A stretch of 63,897 bases of DNA, filler included, from Globobulimina sp. (GCA_003354225.1; 38 parts of 38 records of this genome joined end to end with filler, not necessarily neighbours in it); one strand, 5' to 3'; counted from the whole stretch's first letter, positions 37,239-48,849 are shown. Program-made: numbers and translations. The notes: generated by a model not told the origin, from the sequence alone.

Positions 37239-38621
37239 TTATAGATTTTTTTTGTGTATCTCTATAATTTTGATAGTAAATCTATATGAGAATTCTTTTT
37301 CTGTTTCGGATTTAAATGATTTAAATGCCACATTATCACCTTTTTTAAACCATTTTTTCCCAGCTGGTACTAATAAAATATAATTTGCTTCCTTACAAAA
37401 TACTTGATATTCAAATTTAATTTTTTCCACATATTTAGGTAACTGTAAAATGGTTAAACCAAATGCACCAAATCCCGGTGCAAATTTTAGTGATTTATAA
37501 CAATTTGGTTCAAATATAATACAGTCATTATTTGTAATATAAGAATTATATTCATATGCTATTTGAACATGAACTTTTGGTCCCACAATATATTGATCAC
37601 AATGAAGTGATATAAAGTTATTAAAAGTATTTTTATCAATATACCATACATATTCATTCACAAAATTAATCATTTTCGTATCACACATTTTGTGATTGGT
37701 TTCAATCATTCTCAGAAACGCACCGTATGAGTCCGGATTTGATGAATCAATCAGAATGTCATTACTATCGATAAAATATTCTCTCAATTTATCACATAAT
37801 AATGACGATAATTGCGACCTAATTAACCATATTTCATCCATCGAATCACAATAAAATCCAAATAAATCTTCAATATAAATTGGAAGCACACTCTGACGCT
37901 TTGGATGAATAAAATTATCAATCATTTGCGTCACAATTTCTTCGTATAATTGCCGAGCTTTTGCCTCATAATCACAGCAAACAAAATAGCCACGAACTAA
38001 TTTTTGAAAGAATATCAATGATTGAATATATTTATAATTTGATATTATTGCATCCGACTCTTTATATAAAATATCATAAATTTGTAACTTGCAATTAAAA
38101 AATATATATTCACACTCAAATGAATTATTTGAAAACATTTTGGATACATTAAAATATGGACAGCCATACGAGTCCGATAAGCCATATTTTATTATTATGG
38201 ATTCGTTATTTTTATCTTTATTTATTACTCTTTTTAAATGGGATAAGGAAGAGCTAAAAGATATTGCTCGTTTAAATGACAAATGATAATTATTAAATAA
38301 TAATTTTATATCACAAATACCGTAAAAATATTCATCATTTTTCATTTCTTCACCGTAAAATAAGACACATTCATACAATAATTTGCACAAATTTGCAATT
38401 TCGGAATTTAATTTCCATTGTTTCACAAAATTATGTCGTGCAAAAATATAATTATTGTCACTCATTAATAATAATACCATAATATGTGATAATGATATTT
38501 TTAAACCAACAGAAACATTTAATTTTACATTTTCTAATCCCTTATCTTTTGCATTCATATTTAAAACACATAAATATGAATGTTTAACCCATTTACATTT
38601 AATTAATAGATCTCCAAACAC
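37239..38621 (-). CDS. ART-like domain + C-terminal MATH-like domain protein, 5' partial
   Basis: YFYG...ISFSSS...IIIKY...YFNVSKMFSNNSFECEYIFF; C-terminal YVWYID...FEPNCY...GAFGLTILQLP. Confidence 0.6.
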   Translation of the reverse strand: MFGDLLIKCKWVKHSYLCVLNMNAKDKGLENVKLNVSVGLKISLSHIMVLLLMSDNNYIFARHNFVKQWKLNSEIANLCKLLYECVLFYGEEMKNDEYFYGICDIKLLFNNYHLSFKRAISFSSSLSHLKRVINKDKNNESIIIKYGLSDSYGCPYFNVSKMFSNNSFECEYIFFNCKLQIYDILYKESDAIISNYKYIQSLIFFQKLVRGYFVCCDYEAKARQLYEEIVTQMIDNFIHPKRQSVLPIYIEDLFGFYCDSMDEIWLIRSQLSSLLCDKLREYFIDSNDILIDSSNPDSYGAFLRMIETNHKMCDTKMINFVNEYVWYIDKNTFNNFISLHCDQYIVGPKVHVQIAYEYNSYITNNDCIIFEPNCYKSLKFAPGFGAFGLTILQLPKYVEKIKFEYQVFCKEANYILLVPAGKKWFKKGDNVAFKSFKSETEKEFSYRFTIKIIEIHKKNL

Positions 38622-39159
38622 ATATTTATTGATTGCATATATATCNNNNNNNNNNNNNNNNNNNNNNNNNNNNNNNNNNNNNNNNNNNNTTAATTAATTA
38701 ANNNNNNNNNNNNNNNNNNNNNNNNNNNNNNNNNNNNNNNNNNNNTAAAAGTAAAAGAGTCAATCGATGAAATAAATGCAAACCTGAATACTGAATGTAA
38801 AGGATTGGTTGGGTGACAGCGAGAGAGCATTGGAGAATGCAATAAATATATCTCAATTATATGATGATTGTTCAATTATAATTAGACATTCAAAAAGGTG
38901 CAAGAGGATCTAATATGGAATAATTTTAATTTAATTATTTAATGGGTCAATTACAACTTGGTAGACAAACGGGATAATATAATATTATTAATATAGAATA
39001 TAATATTATCAATAGGAGAGGAAATAGTATTTATCAAAAGATAAAACTATTTCTAAAATCCCATTTGCCCGCGTGTAACGTGTATAAAATTGCAATGGAG
39101 CCTGGAATGTTAAGGAATTTTATGGAGGCAAACCATTGATTCAAGTCGGCTTTTATCGT

Positions 39160-39725
39160 TTATCGGTATTTATTCGTTCTGTTTTTAATTTTCTGATAAC
39201 AAAAGCGCCGGTCTTCTGCTTTTGCCCAGGGGTCAAAAACTACGCTTGTTTGGAGGAATAGTCTGTTTTTTGTGTTTAAATCATTGTGGGATGGCCCATG
39301 AATGATGTCGCGAACCATGTGACTGAGGGCTATGGCATCAGGGCGGATATAACGCATGCTGATGTCTGGTAATTTGGCATCACTCCATCCGACGTATTTC
39401 AGTATAAGTCCGTGAGCAATGCCTACTTGGGAGGCCCTCGTTGTTCCACCAATGCGAGAGCTATATGCAGAGAATCGCTTTGGTTCTAAAATGTAGCGGG
39501 AATTGGCCGCTACTACTTCTTTTATTATGGTGGCGAGCGCTGTGGTAGTAACCACTTTGCCACTGGTCCAAACAAAAACGTTTTTGTTGGCTGATAATTG
39601 AAGACTGTTTTTCAGTTTACCTTCATGGAGAGTGGCGACTAAATGCTTGCGTCGCTGTAAATAGATTCGTAACAGTCGCAACGGGCTCAATAGTTTGCAT
39701 GGACAGGATGCATTGGATAGGACTA
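39160..39725 (-). mobile_element. C-terminal half of a tyrosine recombinase (DIRS/Ngaro/Crypton-like)
   Basis: CPCKLLSPLRLL, FSAYSSRIGGTT (HxxR box), YVGWS, and catalytic Tyr in MRYIR. Confidence 0.85.
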
Positions 39726-40329
39726 CTTTGGGGCAATATGAATGGTAAATACAGCGATGCTGCCATGGGATATCATGATAATAACAAATCGGATCTTTCC
39801 TGGGGATATTTTGCCAACCGAAACTGGTCTGAGCCTAATTTAGTTTCGTACATGGAAAGTCATGATGAAGAAAGAATGATGTATCGTTTATTAAACGATG
39901 GGAAAGCGACAAGTTACTATAACACAACGAATAAAATAACTGCTTTGCAGAGAATTGAACTGGCTGCCGCGTTTTTTTTCACTATTCCAGGACCTAAAAT
40001 GATTTGGCAGTTTGGTGAGCTCGGTTATGATATAAGTATAAATGATCCAGGCAGAGTAGATCCTAAACCCATAAAATGGGACTATTATGATGAAAATAAC
40101 AGAACCAGATTATATCAGGTATTTGCAGCACTAATTGAACTAAAGACGGAACATGATGTTTTTGAAACAGGCACAGTTAATATGAGTGTTGACGGTGCAG
40201 TAAAACGTATTAATATTAACGGAACAGATATGCAAGTTACTGTAATTGGTAATTTTGATGTTGCTGCTGCAAATATCAACCCAAATTTTCAGCAAACTGG
40301 CACCTGGTATGACTACTTTGCAGGAGAAC
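39722..40329 (+). CDS. Bacterial (Bacteroidetes-like) GH13 alpha-amylase-family fragment
   Basis: LLWGNMN, VSYMESHDEERMMY, FFFTIPGPKMIWQFGELGYD, GTWYDYF; intronless. Confidence 0.88.
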
Positions 40330-40429
40330 NNNNNNNNNNNNNNNNNNNNNNNNNNNNNNNNNNNNNNNNNNNNTTAATTAATTAANNNNNNNNNNNNNNN
40401 NNNNNNNNNNNNNNNNNNNNNNNNNNNNN

Positions 40430-41593
40430 ACCGATGCCGACGCGGATCAAGTAGGCGATGCCTGTGACAATTGCCCGACCGAGGCCAACGCCGCTCAGGT
40501 TGACACTGACGCCGATGAAGTTGGCAATGAATCCAACGCAAAATCTGCCAAATCTGCACAGAATAATACCACTGCGGAGATTGACGGCCATTCGGATGAC
40601 AATGACAATAATTTGAGCATTAAAATCAAGCTACAAAATAAAAACTGCATCAATGGCATACGTAACGGTGCAAATGGTGACTATCATATCGATCAAAGTT
40701 TGTTTACCTTTCAAAATCCGAATAAATCCGTGCACGGAAACCCGAGCAATAACAAACCGCCACAACGCGTGTTGGTCAGTTCATATATTCCGAAAGAGCG
40801 ATTTTACCGAAAAAAAAAGAAAAGCGCACAACACAAAACGCAGCGATATGGTTTTAAGGCGAATGGGAAGATAAATATCATCGAAATCAATAAACAAATT
40901 GGTCGATTGAAGAAGTTATTGGCTGCAAAGAAGACATTGTCTGAAATAATTTCCATATATTACCAGCAATATGGCTTTTGTGTGGATTTCATCGTGTCTT
41001 TGTTGAGTACGATTGATGAGACGTGTCCGCGGTGCATAATGTTGGTGAGCCGCCACGTCGATAAACAGATTAAAATCTTGCATAATTTGAGTTTGTGGCA
41101 ATATATTTTGCGGCATCAATTGCCGCACATTGACATCCAACGCTTTTTCTATTCGTTTGGTCCGTTGATTGGCAAATATAAAACCTTGATATCGCCGTTG
41201 CATTTATCCGCGAGAAAGTTGATTGAGATCGGTGGCGGTAAGGAGTCACATATTACATCGTCGACGAGTACGCCGCAATGTTTGTATGCGTTTGAGACCT
41301 TTAAATGGCTCTTATTTATCGGCTATGATATCGACGATGGCGATATTTATAATACGATTACGCCGCAAACCATATTGAATCACGCACCGCGAATATTGAA
41401 ACAGGTCTTAGTGTATCAACGACAGTTTTTGTTCAAACAGAGACAGTGTATGAAGATGGTGGATAACTGCACCTATAAAGAATATAAAATATTGTTAGAT
41501 GACGATATATTGCAAGTGATTGAGAAATTTAGCTATCATAAATATAGGAAAAGTAGAGCCGGATTTGGACATAAAAAATTTGTTAAAACATAA
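40430..41593 (+). CDS. Hypothetical protein; frame is open from the contig start and begins with thrombospondin type-3 repeats
   Basis: 40430-40528 reads TDADADQVGDACDNCPTEANAAQVDTDADEVGN, in frame with ORF 40613-41593. Confidence 0.65.
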   Translation, partial: TDADADQVGDACDNCPTEANAAQVDTDADEVGNESNAKSAKSAQNNTTAEIDGHSDDNDNNLSIKIKLQNKNCINGIRNGANGDYHIDQSLFTFQNPNKSVHGNPSNNKPPQRVLVSSYIPKERFYRKKKKSAQHKTQRYGFKANGKINIIEINKQIGRLKKLLAAKKTLSEIISIYYQQYGFCVDFIVSLLSTIDETCPRCIMLVSRHVDKQIKILHNLSLWQYILRHQLPHIDIQRFFYSFGPLIGKYKTLISPLHLSARKLIEIGGGKESHITSSTSTPQCLYAFETFKWLLFIGYDIDDGDIYNTITPQTILNHAPRILKQVLVYQRQFLFKQRQCMKMVDNCTYKEYKILLDDDILQVIEKFSYHKYRKSRAGFGHKKFVKT

Positions 41594-41838
41594 ATAATTT
41601 TAATAATAAAATTAGCTTTTTTTTTGTTTATATTTTTGTTTTCATTGTTTTGGTTTGTCAGAGTGTGTTTTTATTTGCTTGAAAAGTGATTGTTATTTGT
41701 GATTGATAAAAAAGTAGCAGTTTGTGAGCTTGTTATTATTTATGTATGTTTGTTTACGTTGTTTTGAAATATTATTTTTGTTTGTTTGTAAATGCAAATG
41801 TCACTTCGTCATCTTTTTCAAAGTTTTTTTATTGACTC

Positions 41839-42006
41839 ATGGCACTCTTTTTGACCTTCTTTCTGTTATTATGTGTGTGTTGCGCAAAGAAATACGAATT
41901 TAGTGTCGATTATGCCAACGATGCAGGTTTATGTTCAGAGACAGGTTTTAGAATTCCAAGTGCTGCGCCATATATACCATTTAGCAAAGACACAGCGAGA
42001 GCATGG
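41839..42006 (+). CDS. First exon of a secreted protein
   Basis: Signal peptide MALFLTFFLLLCVCCA; GTAAGT donor at the contig end. Confidence 0.55.
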
Positions 42007-42113
42007 GTAAGTANNNNNNNNNNNNNNNNNNNNNNNNNNNNNNNNNNNNNNNNNNNNTTAATTAATTAANNNNNNNNNNNNNNNNNNNNNNNNNNNNNNN
42101 NNNNNNNNNNNNN

Positions 42114-43697
42114 TTAATACTACCACCAGAACCACCTCTATTTTTTGCGCAACCATTACATTGAATTACGCCATGATTTATGATTTTATTTGCTATCAAT
42201 TCTATAACACCACCGCCTCGTTCATCGCCTTCGCATTGAATACCAGATGGTGAGCCATAATGCAATATATCTAATGATTCAGTACCATACACATTGCCGG
42301 CTAAATATTCTCCCAATTCACCATAACTACCTCCGCCATAATACTCATCGCCAATTCTAAATGTTGTCGTATAACTCGGATTTCCTTTTCCATGGCCATA
42401 ACCATAACAACAACCACGCCCAGACGCATTTATGCAGCCATTTTCATCAATGATTAATGTTTTTGCTGCATATATTTGTAATGCGCCACCTCGTTTGCGT
42501 TGTGGGTCCCATTCTGAGACATTAACTTCTTTATCAATCACAATGGCAGTCTCCGCAATGATTTTCAATGCTGCTTTGTTGATTAACGGTGCATGTTTCA
42601 TCAAATAAAATTCCGTAAAATGTGCGGGTGATACATATATGTGATATTTACATGGAATTACATTATCATTATTTGCTGCAATCTTGAATTCATCACTTTC
42701 ATTGAATTTATAAACAGCGTCATCGAGTAATACATGTTCTTTCTCATCGTCATTAAAATAACTCCCTTTTATCAAATATCGAGCATCATATATTCCCGAA
42801 GCAGCCATAGTTGCATGTATTTGTTCAAATTGGTTAAGGTTGGCAATATCTACCACATCACATTCAATATTTCCAGTCGCCGTTGTTTTCAAATACTTGG
42901 TCCAGCCACATTGTGATTCGATATTGGCAAATTCTGAAGCTTTATACTGTGATAACAGCATAAATCGATCATGCCCAAATATTTTACTATTTCTTATATA
43001 AACTGTAACCATTTCATTTCTATTTCGTACCAATATATCATCATTATATCTATATATTTTATTCATATTCATATTTATGACATACTCACAGTCTTTAAAA
43101 TCTGCAATAAATTCACTCTCCGCTTGGTCTAATTTTATTTGCAACGCAGCAAAACCAAAACAAGATTGTACATTAACTACATGCTGTTTCATTAAGACTC
43201 GCCCGAATGATATATCATGCCATAAACCCAATTCATTCACCAACCGATGCAAAACGCAATAATCCTCGTACACAGTGTCTAAATACAATATATTATTATT
43301 ATTCTGTCGCATATATATTTTCCAGGTTTCTGGCATTGTAAATCCCGTACCAATACCAATATTTTTATAAAATTTATTCTTATCAATAATTTGCTTCTTA
43401 TATACTTGCAATTGCTTTAGTAAAATATCAATTTGTTCTTGATCAGTCTTTGTAAAATTGCGCACTCTGTTTATCGGTATTAATGAATTAAACACCACAA
43501 ATTCCGCTTCGTTCTTGAAATTACTGAACCAATCCGTAGATATTCCAACTAATAATTTAAAAGGATTCGCATACGATGCCTTATATTTTATTATCAATAC
43601 TGAGAGCAGGAAATAGTAAAAATACATCAAGATACCTGTATTTCCCATAAAACACCGGTGTTGTCACTGAAATGATTGGCAACATCGAAGCTCGAGG
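42114..43697 (-). CDS. ART-like domain + Gly-rich repeat protein, partial (intron 43580-43635)
   Basis: Spliced: SSFDVANHFSDNTGVLWEIQ|ASYANPF...GISTDWFSNFKNEAEFVVF; C-terminal GGGSYG, YGS, GGGVIELIA, GGSGGSI. Confidence 0.7.
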
Positions 43698-43797
43698 NNN
43701 NNNNNNNNNNNNNNNNNNNNNNNNNNNNNNNNNNNNNNNNNTTAATTAATTAANNNNNNNNNNNNNNNNNNNNNNNNNNNNNNNNNNNNNNNNNNNN

Positions 43798-44448
43798 AAT
43801 GCGTATGGATCAAATAAACAAATTGAATATGGATTTGCTGATTTATTATTTACATCATTTCAAAAATTAAAAAAGAAAAACAAAAAGAAAAGAAACAATT
43901 CATTTTATTTACGATTGAATAATTCATTATGCTCATTATATGATATTATGGTGTTATTTAATAAAATGATTCGACAATTTAAAGGAATAAAAGATGGAAA
44001 AGGTAAACAGTTTAAAATAAAAGATATGGTTCGAGTAAATATACCAAAACATAATGGAGATAAATTATCAAATAAACCACGATTAATACCAAAACAAGCA
44101 AAGTATAATAGTTTAGATGAAGAGAAAATAAATTCTGTTTCAAGGGTTAAACAACAAAAAGGTTTTATCGATAAATGGATAATTTATAAAGAAACACCAG
44201 GAAATATTAACAATGACATTGAGATATTATCGCGAGTTTATAACAATTTACATCAATATTTTAATGTTGACAATGGTGATTGTCATTTTGTAGAAATTAA
44301 TAAAATTGGAATTATCATTAAAACGTCACAACAAATTGACTTTGATGTCATGGATGTGAGGCAGTATAAACATATTCAAACTAGAATGAATGAGAATGGC
44401 CATTATATATTGGTCGGAGATGCTGATGCTTATCAACATTGGAGTTAA
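43798..44448 (+). CDS. Hypothetical protein, 5' partial
   Basis: Intronless Lys-rich ORF convergent with the helicase gene. Confidence 0.5.
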   Translation, partial: NAYGSNKQIEYGFADLLFTSFQKLKKKNKKKRNNSFYLRLNNSLCSLYDIMVLFNKMIRQFKGIKDGKGKQFKIKDMVRVNIPKHNGDKLSNKPRLIPKQAKYNSLDEEKINSVSRVKQQKGFIDKWIIYKETPGNINNDIEILSRVYNNLHQYFNVDNGDCHFVEINKIGIIIKTSQQIDFDVMDVRQYKHIQTRMNENGHYILVGDADAYQHWS

Positions 44449-44532
44449 ATAGAAATTCATTTTATTGTGTTCTGAACCTCGCACACATTTATAGAAACAT
44501 TTAAATAAATAACGTTTTTGCCACAGTGTTAT

Positions 44533-45381
44533 TCAGATTATTACACCCATTTCTTTCTTTGCAGCTTTTATTATCTTTTTTTGATGTCCAAATTTAACCA
44601 CGCCAATTTTTTGCAAATCACTATGTGTCATATCCAACACTGTCTCCATATCATCGAAACCGTTCGCAATAAAAATATCAAAATATTCTGTTAAAAGGAT
44701 TTCAGATAAAAAATTCCAAACTTCATCTCTCTGATAATTATGCTCAACACCACCAACATTTATTCTATTTTGAGTATTTTCTCTCTGCGTTCCTCCATAT
44801 ATTCTGTTCATATTTATTTGATTAAACTTATTCAACTGTCTCCCATTATCATTCTCGGCATATACATTCCGCATCTGTTTAACGTCAATTTTCTCCTCAT
44901 TATCATCATTTGACTGATCAAAATCTCTAAACCATCTCTTCCAAATATCATTTTTCCCGCTACAATTATTATTGCCACAATGTTTAAAATCAAACGATGT
45001 AACCACAATCAATGCTTTTTTACATCTTGTCAATGCTACATTTATTCGTTTCGCGTCATTATTAAATTTATTTCCATGTTTCACAACATTCCTAACCAAT
45101 GATAATATGATCAGATCCTTCTCTTTCCCCTGGAATGAATCCACAGTCGCACTCATTATACCATTCAATTTTTTTTTTATCCCAGATGTATACAATAAAT
45201 TGTCAATATACGTTGCCTGAGTTTTATAAAACGATATAATCCCTGTACTAATATCAGCATCTAAAGCTTCCAAAATATGCCTACATATAAACCGCGCTTC
45301 ACCCTCATTCTTCCATGAGCCGCCCTCAGATTTTTTCGGTATGGCATTATTAATATTTGCTAATTTTACAACATAAATTGG
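44533..45381 (-). CDS. SF1B (Upf1/Sen1-like) helicase C-terminal domain fused to a SAM domain, 5' partial
   Basis: SWKNEGEA, GIISFYKTQ, TVDSFQGKEKDLIILSLVR, RINVALTR; SAM: FLSEILLTEYFDIFIANGFDDME...DLQKIGVVKFGHQKKII. Confidence 0.9.
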   Translation of the reverse strand, partial: PIYVVKLANINNAIPKKSEGGSWKNEGEARFICRHILEALDADISTGIISFYKTQATYIDNLLYTSGIKKKLNGIMSATVDSFQGKEKDLIILSLVRNVVKHGNKFNNDAKRINVALTRCKKALIVVTSFDFKHCGNNNCSGKNDIWKRWFRDFDQSNDDNEEKIDVKQMRNVYAENDNGRQLNKFNQINMNRIYGGTQRENTQNRINVGGVEHNYQRDEVWNFLSEILLTEYFDIFIANGFDDMETVLDMTHSDLQKIGVVKFGHQKKIIKAAKKEMGVII

Positions 45382-45481
45382 NNNNNNNNNNNNNNNNNNN
45401 NNNNNNNNNNNNNNNNNNNNNNNNNTTAATTAATTAANNNNNNNNNNNNNNNNNNNNNNNNNNNNNNNNNNNNNNNNNNNN

Positions 45482-47065
45482 GGGACGACATTAAGGATAA
45501 CGTTCGCCAAATTGATGAGGTAGAAAATAAACAATGTTGTTATTTAACGCAACAGCAAATTATCATTGCATCATTTTGTCAGATTTTGGCTTTGTGTTTG
45601 TTTTTAATTGGACTATGGGTCGGATTGCTAAGTGGAGCTAAATCTGATTTAATTCAGAATATAATGGCCAAACAAGAATGGGGAGCAGCTAAGGATGAGG
45701 TGATGGAATTGTATAAAACGGCCGATATGATATTTGCAATTTATTTCAATCGGTATAAACGGGGTGATTTTGGAGCTAATATTAATACGGAAAGCAATCG
45801 ATTGTTTTTGGCAAATGTAATGCAATCATTTGTTGGTAATCATAATCATCCGCTATATTCTATGCATTCTACATATTTGGCTGCGGCAAATGGAGAGTTG
45901 TTTGGTGTCGGATGGCATAACAATGCGACCGCACATCAGTTAAGTCAAAGGATAAGGAATATCGACACTGATTTTGAGCTGAAAGAATATGTTTTATCTG
46001 ACAATGTCACTATTGTATATGATGAGGAAATATTAGATTTACATCTATATGATCCACGGTGTGAAGCATGGTATAAAAACGCAATGAAATATGCATTTAA
46101 TGGCACGTTGAATCAAGCATTTCCTGTAAACCATAGTTTTGCACAATTTATTGGAGATAAATTAGCTGCGGCAGCGACTGAAGCGTGCCACGAAAGTCGC
46201 GTATTATTTGCTGACATGTTTGATGTCGAATTATCTGAACATAGCACAGATATAATATCAGCGTATAACAATTATATCAATAATTCCTATATTTATGACA
46301 CAACGAATGATACAGTGAATGGAATGGCATATAAATTGGTGTGGACTCGGCATTTATTTTTTAGTTTGAATGAAATTGGATTGACAGCGAGTGCAACAAT
46401 ACAAGACCCAGTGACTGGTAATTTATTTGCTGTCTTGGGTATAGATTTTTCATTGACCCAATTATCGTCGCTGTTATATGAGACCACCGCAGCTGCAAAA
46501 ATAACTGCCGCTAACCACTGGTTTGCCTGGATATTTGATGCAGATATAAACAAACCAGAAATGATTGCATCCTCAGAATTTACTATCTATGCCAATTACG
46601 ACGATGAGGCATTTGCGCAATGCAGCGATGTAGACACAAACAGCAAAATAGCATATTATGCGACATCGCATCCAAACGATGAAATACGTATTGCTTCGAA
46701 TGAAATCAATGTGACTGGCATCCACTCGTTGGAGAAAAATGCAAATGAGTCGACATCCATTGGTATCCCTATCAATTTTCCATTGTTAGAAGCCGGAAGA
46801 ATCAGTTATTGGCCACAAGGCGAAGCCAGCATTGATTGGGTCGTGGCAAAGACAGTGAGCGATATCACAGATTCGACTGTCGACAGCATTCAAGTCACAC
46901 TTTATGTGACCTTCACTATGTTGGCAATGACTATGTTTTTAATGAAAGAAATTAATTTCAAGGATGAATACGATGAATTGGATGAAGAGGAGTTGGATAA
47001 AAAAGAGGATGCGAATTATTATTATAAGTTAATGCTGAAAATGGAAGCAATAGTAAGTGGCGCCG
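45482..47065 (+). CDS. Membrane receptor with extracellular dCache-like domain, partial
   Basis: TM helix, YDPRCEAWYK, WT..LF, GLTASATI...AVLGIDFSLTQLSSLL, second TM helix. Confidence 0.75.
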
Positions 47066-47165
47066 NNNNNNNNNNNNNNNNNNNNNNNNNNNNNNNNNNN
47101 NNNNNNNNNTTAATTAATTAANNNNNNNNNNNNNNNNNNNNNNNNNNNNNNNNNNNNNNNNNNNN

Positions 47166-48545
47166 GCCAATCTCGATTATAATATGGGATTCCTACGGAT
47201 CTATAACAACAATGGCAACCCATATAGGTACGGACATATATCCTATTTCTCACATAATATGTATTAATTTATTAACCGCTGTGACATAAATAGTGAGCAA
47301 ATGCAGGTACATCAAACTGATTTATATTGGAAGAAATACCCACAAACCGTGCCGTTGTTGCATAATTTAACTTTGATTGCTTGGTTGACGCAATCAGATA
47401 ACAATAATGTTGATATCAATGGGATGATATTTGATGATGAAGGCCAGAATAAAGCGATGAGCAATCGAGGGATATACACATTTTCCACCATTGCTGATAA
47501 TATGGAACATAGCATTTTTGACGATACCCAGCCAGTGGTGGCGCATTTGCATAACGATCCGCATAGAAATAATAATTTTTTTGTGTTGGGCTATAATTCC
47601 ATCAATGAAGAAACACAAACAAATACAATGTATGCCGCTGTGTATATGTATAACGACGAAAGTAATGCAATCACACAAATATCAGAGATTACAGCGTTAT
47701 TTGCGCAGCCATTCGATTCCAATGATTATATGATTCAAAATCCACGAATGCAAAATATTGTTAATGAATTATATGAATTAGGTACTGTTTTTTTACGTAT
47801 TTCCATCCAAACAAATTCAGTTTGAAACGAAATATATTTTGAAAATTTATAACGTAATATTTTCTACACAGAGATGGGTTTAAATGCCAAAATAACATTA
47901 TGTTACAGCTTAAAAGATTTAATATTTGATAAATCAGACGTATTATGTAAATTATTTGAGATTAGTTTATGGGATAACGGTGATAATATAAACGCAGATA
48001 TCAGCATCATTGCAGAGGATGTGATGATAAATGATGTGTCTTCTGCTCATCATCAACACCAACATCCATCGGTGTCGTCAGAATCAATGTTACGCGGACA
48101 AACAGACTATTCGGATGAGCCTAAATTCATTGTGGTTTGGAGCAATTCGCGAGAGGGCGGCTATGATGTTTATACTAAGATATTGCAGGTGAATCATGAG
48201 GGTGATTGCGATGGGGACTGTGGACAGAACGGTGATGATAATCTTATATTTGGCTCGCATTTAAATATAATTATAATTGGCGTTGTATTTGGTATTATTT
48301 TGGTGGTTTTGCTTATTTTAATTTGCAAACATTTCCATATGAAACATAAAAATAATTCAAATTTGAAGCCAAGGAGAAAAATGCAACCATTGGGTGAGGA
48401 ATCGGATGAGGAGGATGACGATGACGAGAATGCAATTGCTGGGCATGGATATTCAGCATATAATGCAACGAAAAAGCAAGTACAGGTTCATGATGAAGAG
48501 GATGATGGAGATGGTATTCAATTGACTCAACGTGATAGTTTTTGA
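47166..48545 (+). CDS. Single-pass type I membrane protein, 5' partial, multi-exon
   Basis: Beta-rich ectodomain, TM IIIIGVVFGIILVVLLILIC, basic then acidic tail; introns near 47230-47330 and 47782-47873. Confidence 0.7.
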
Positions 48546-48640
48546 ACAGACAGAACAGTTTACAATTTACATTATTTTTTATTTTTTTCACACCGAAATT
48601 AACTGATTTTATATTTGTGTTTTGATTTGTTATATTTTTC

Positions 48641-48749
48641 TTCTTTTTTTTTTGTTTTTCTTTAGATTTTATGTTTTTTTTTTTTTTTTTTTTTTTTTTT
48701 GTTTTTGTTTTTTTTTTTTTTTTTTTTGTTTTTTTTTTCTTTTTTTTTT
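48641..48749. repeat. Poly(T) low-complexity tract
   Basis: Almost pure T run at the contig end. Confidence 0.9.
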
Positions 48750-48849
48750 NNNNNNNNNNNNNNNNNNNNNNNNNNNNNNNNNNNNNNNNNNNNTTAATTA
48801 ATTAANNNNNNNNNNNNNNNNNNNNNNNNNNNNNNNNNNNNNNNNNNNN

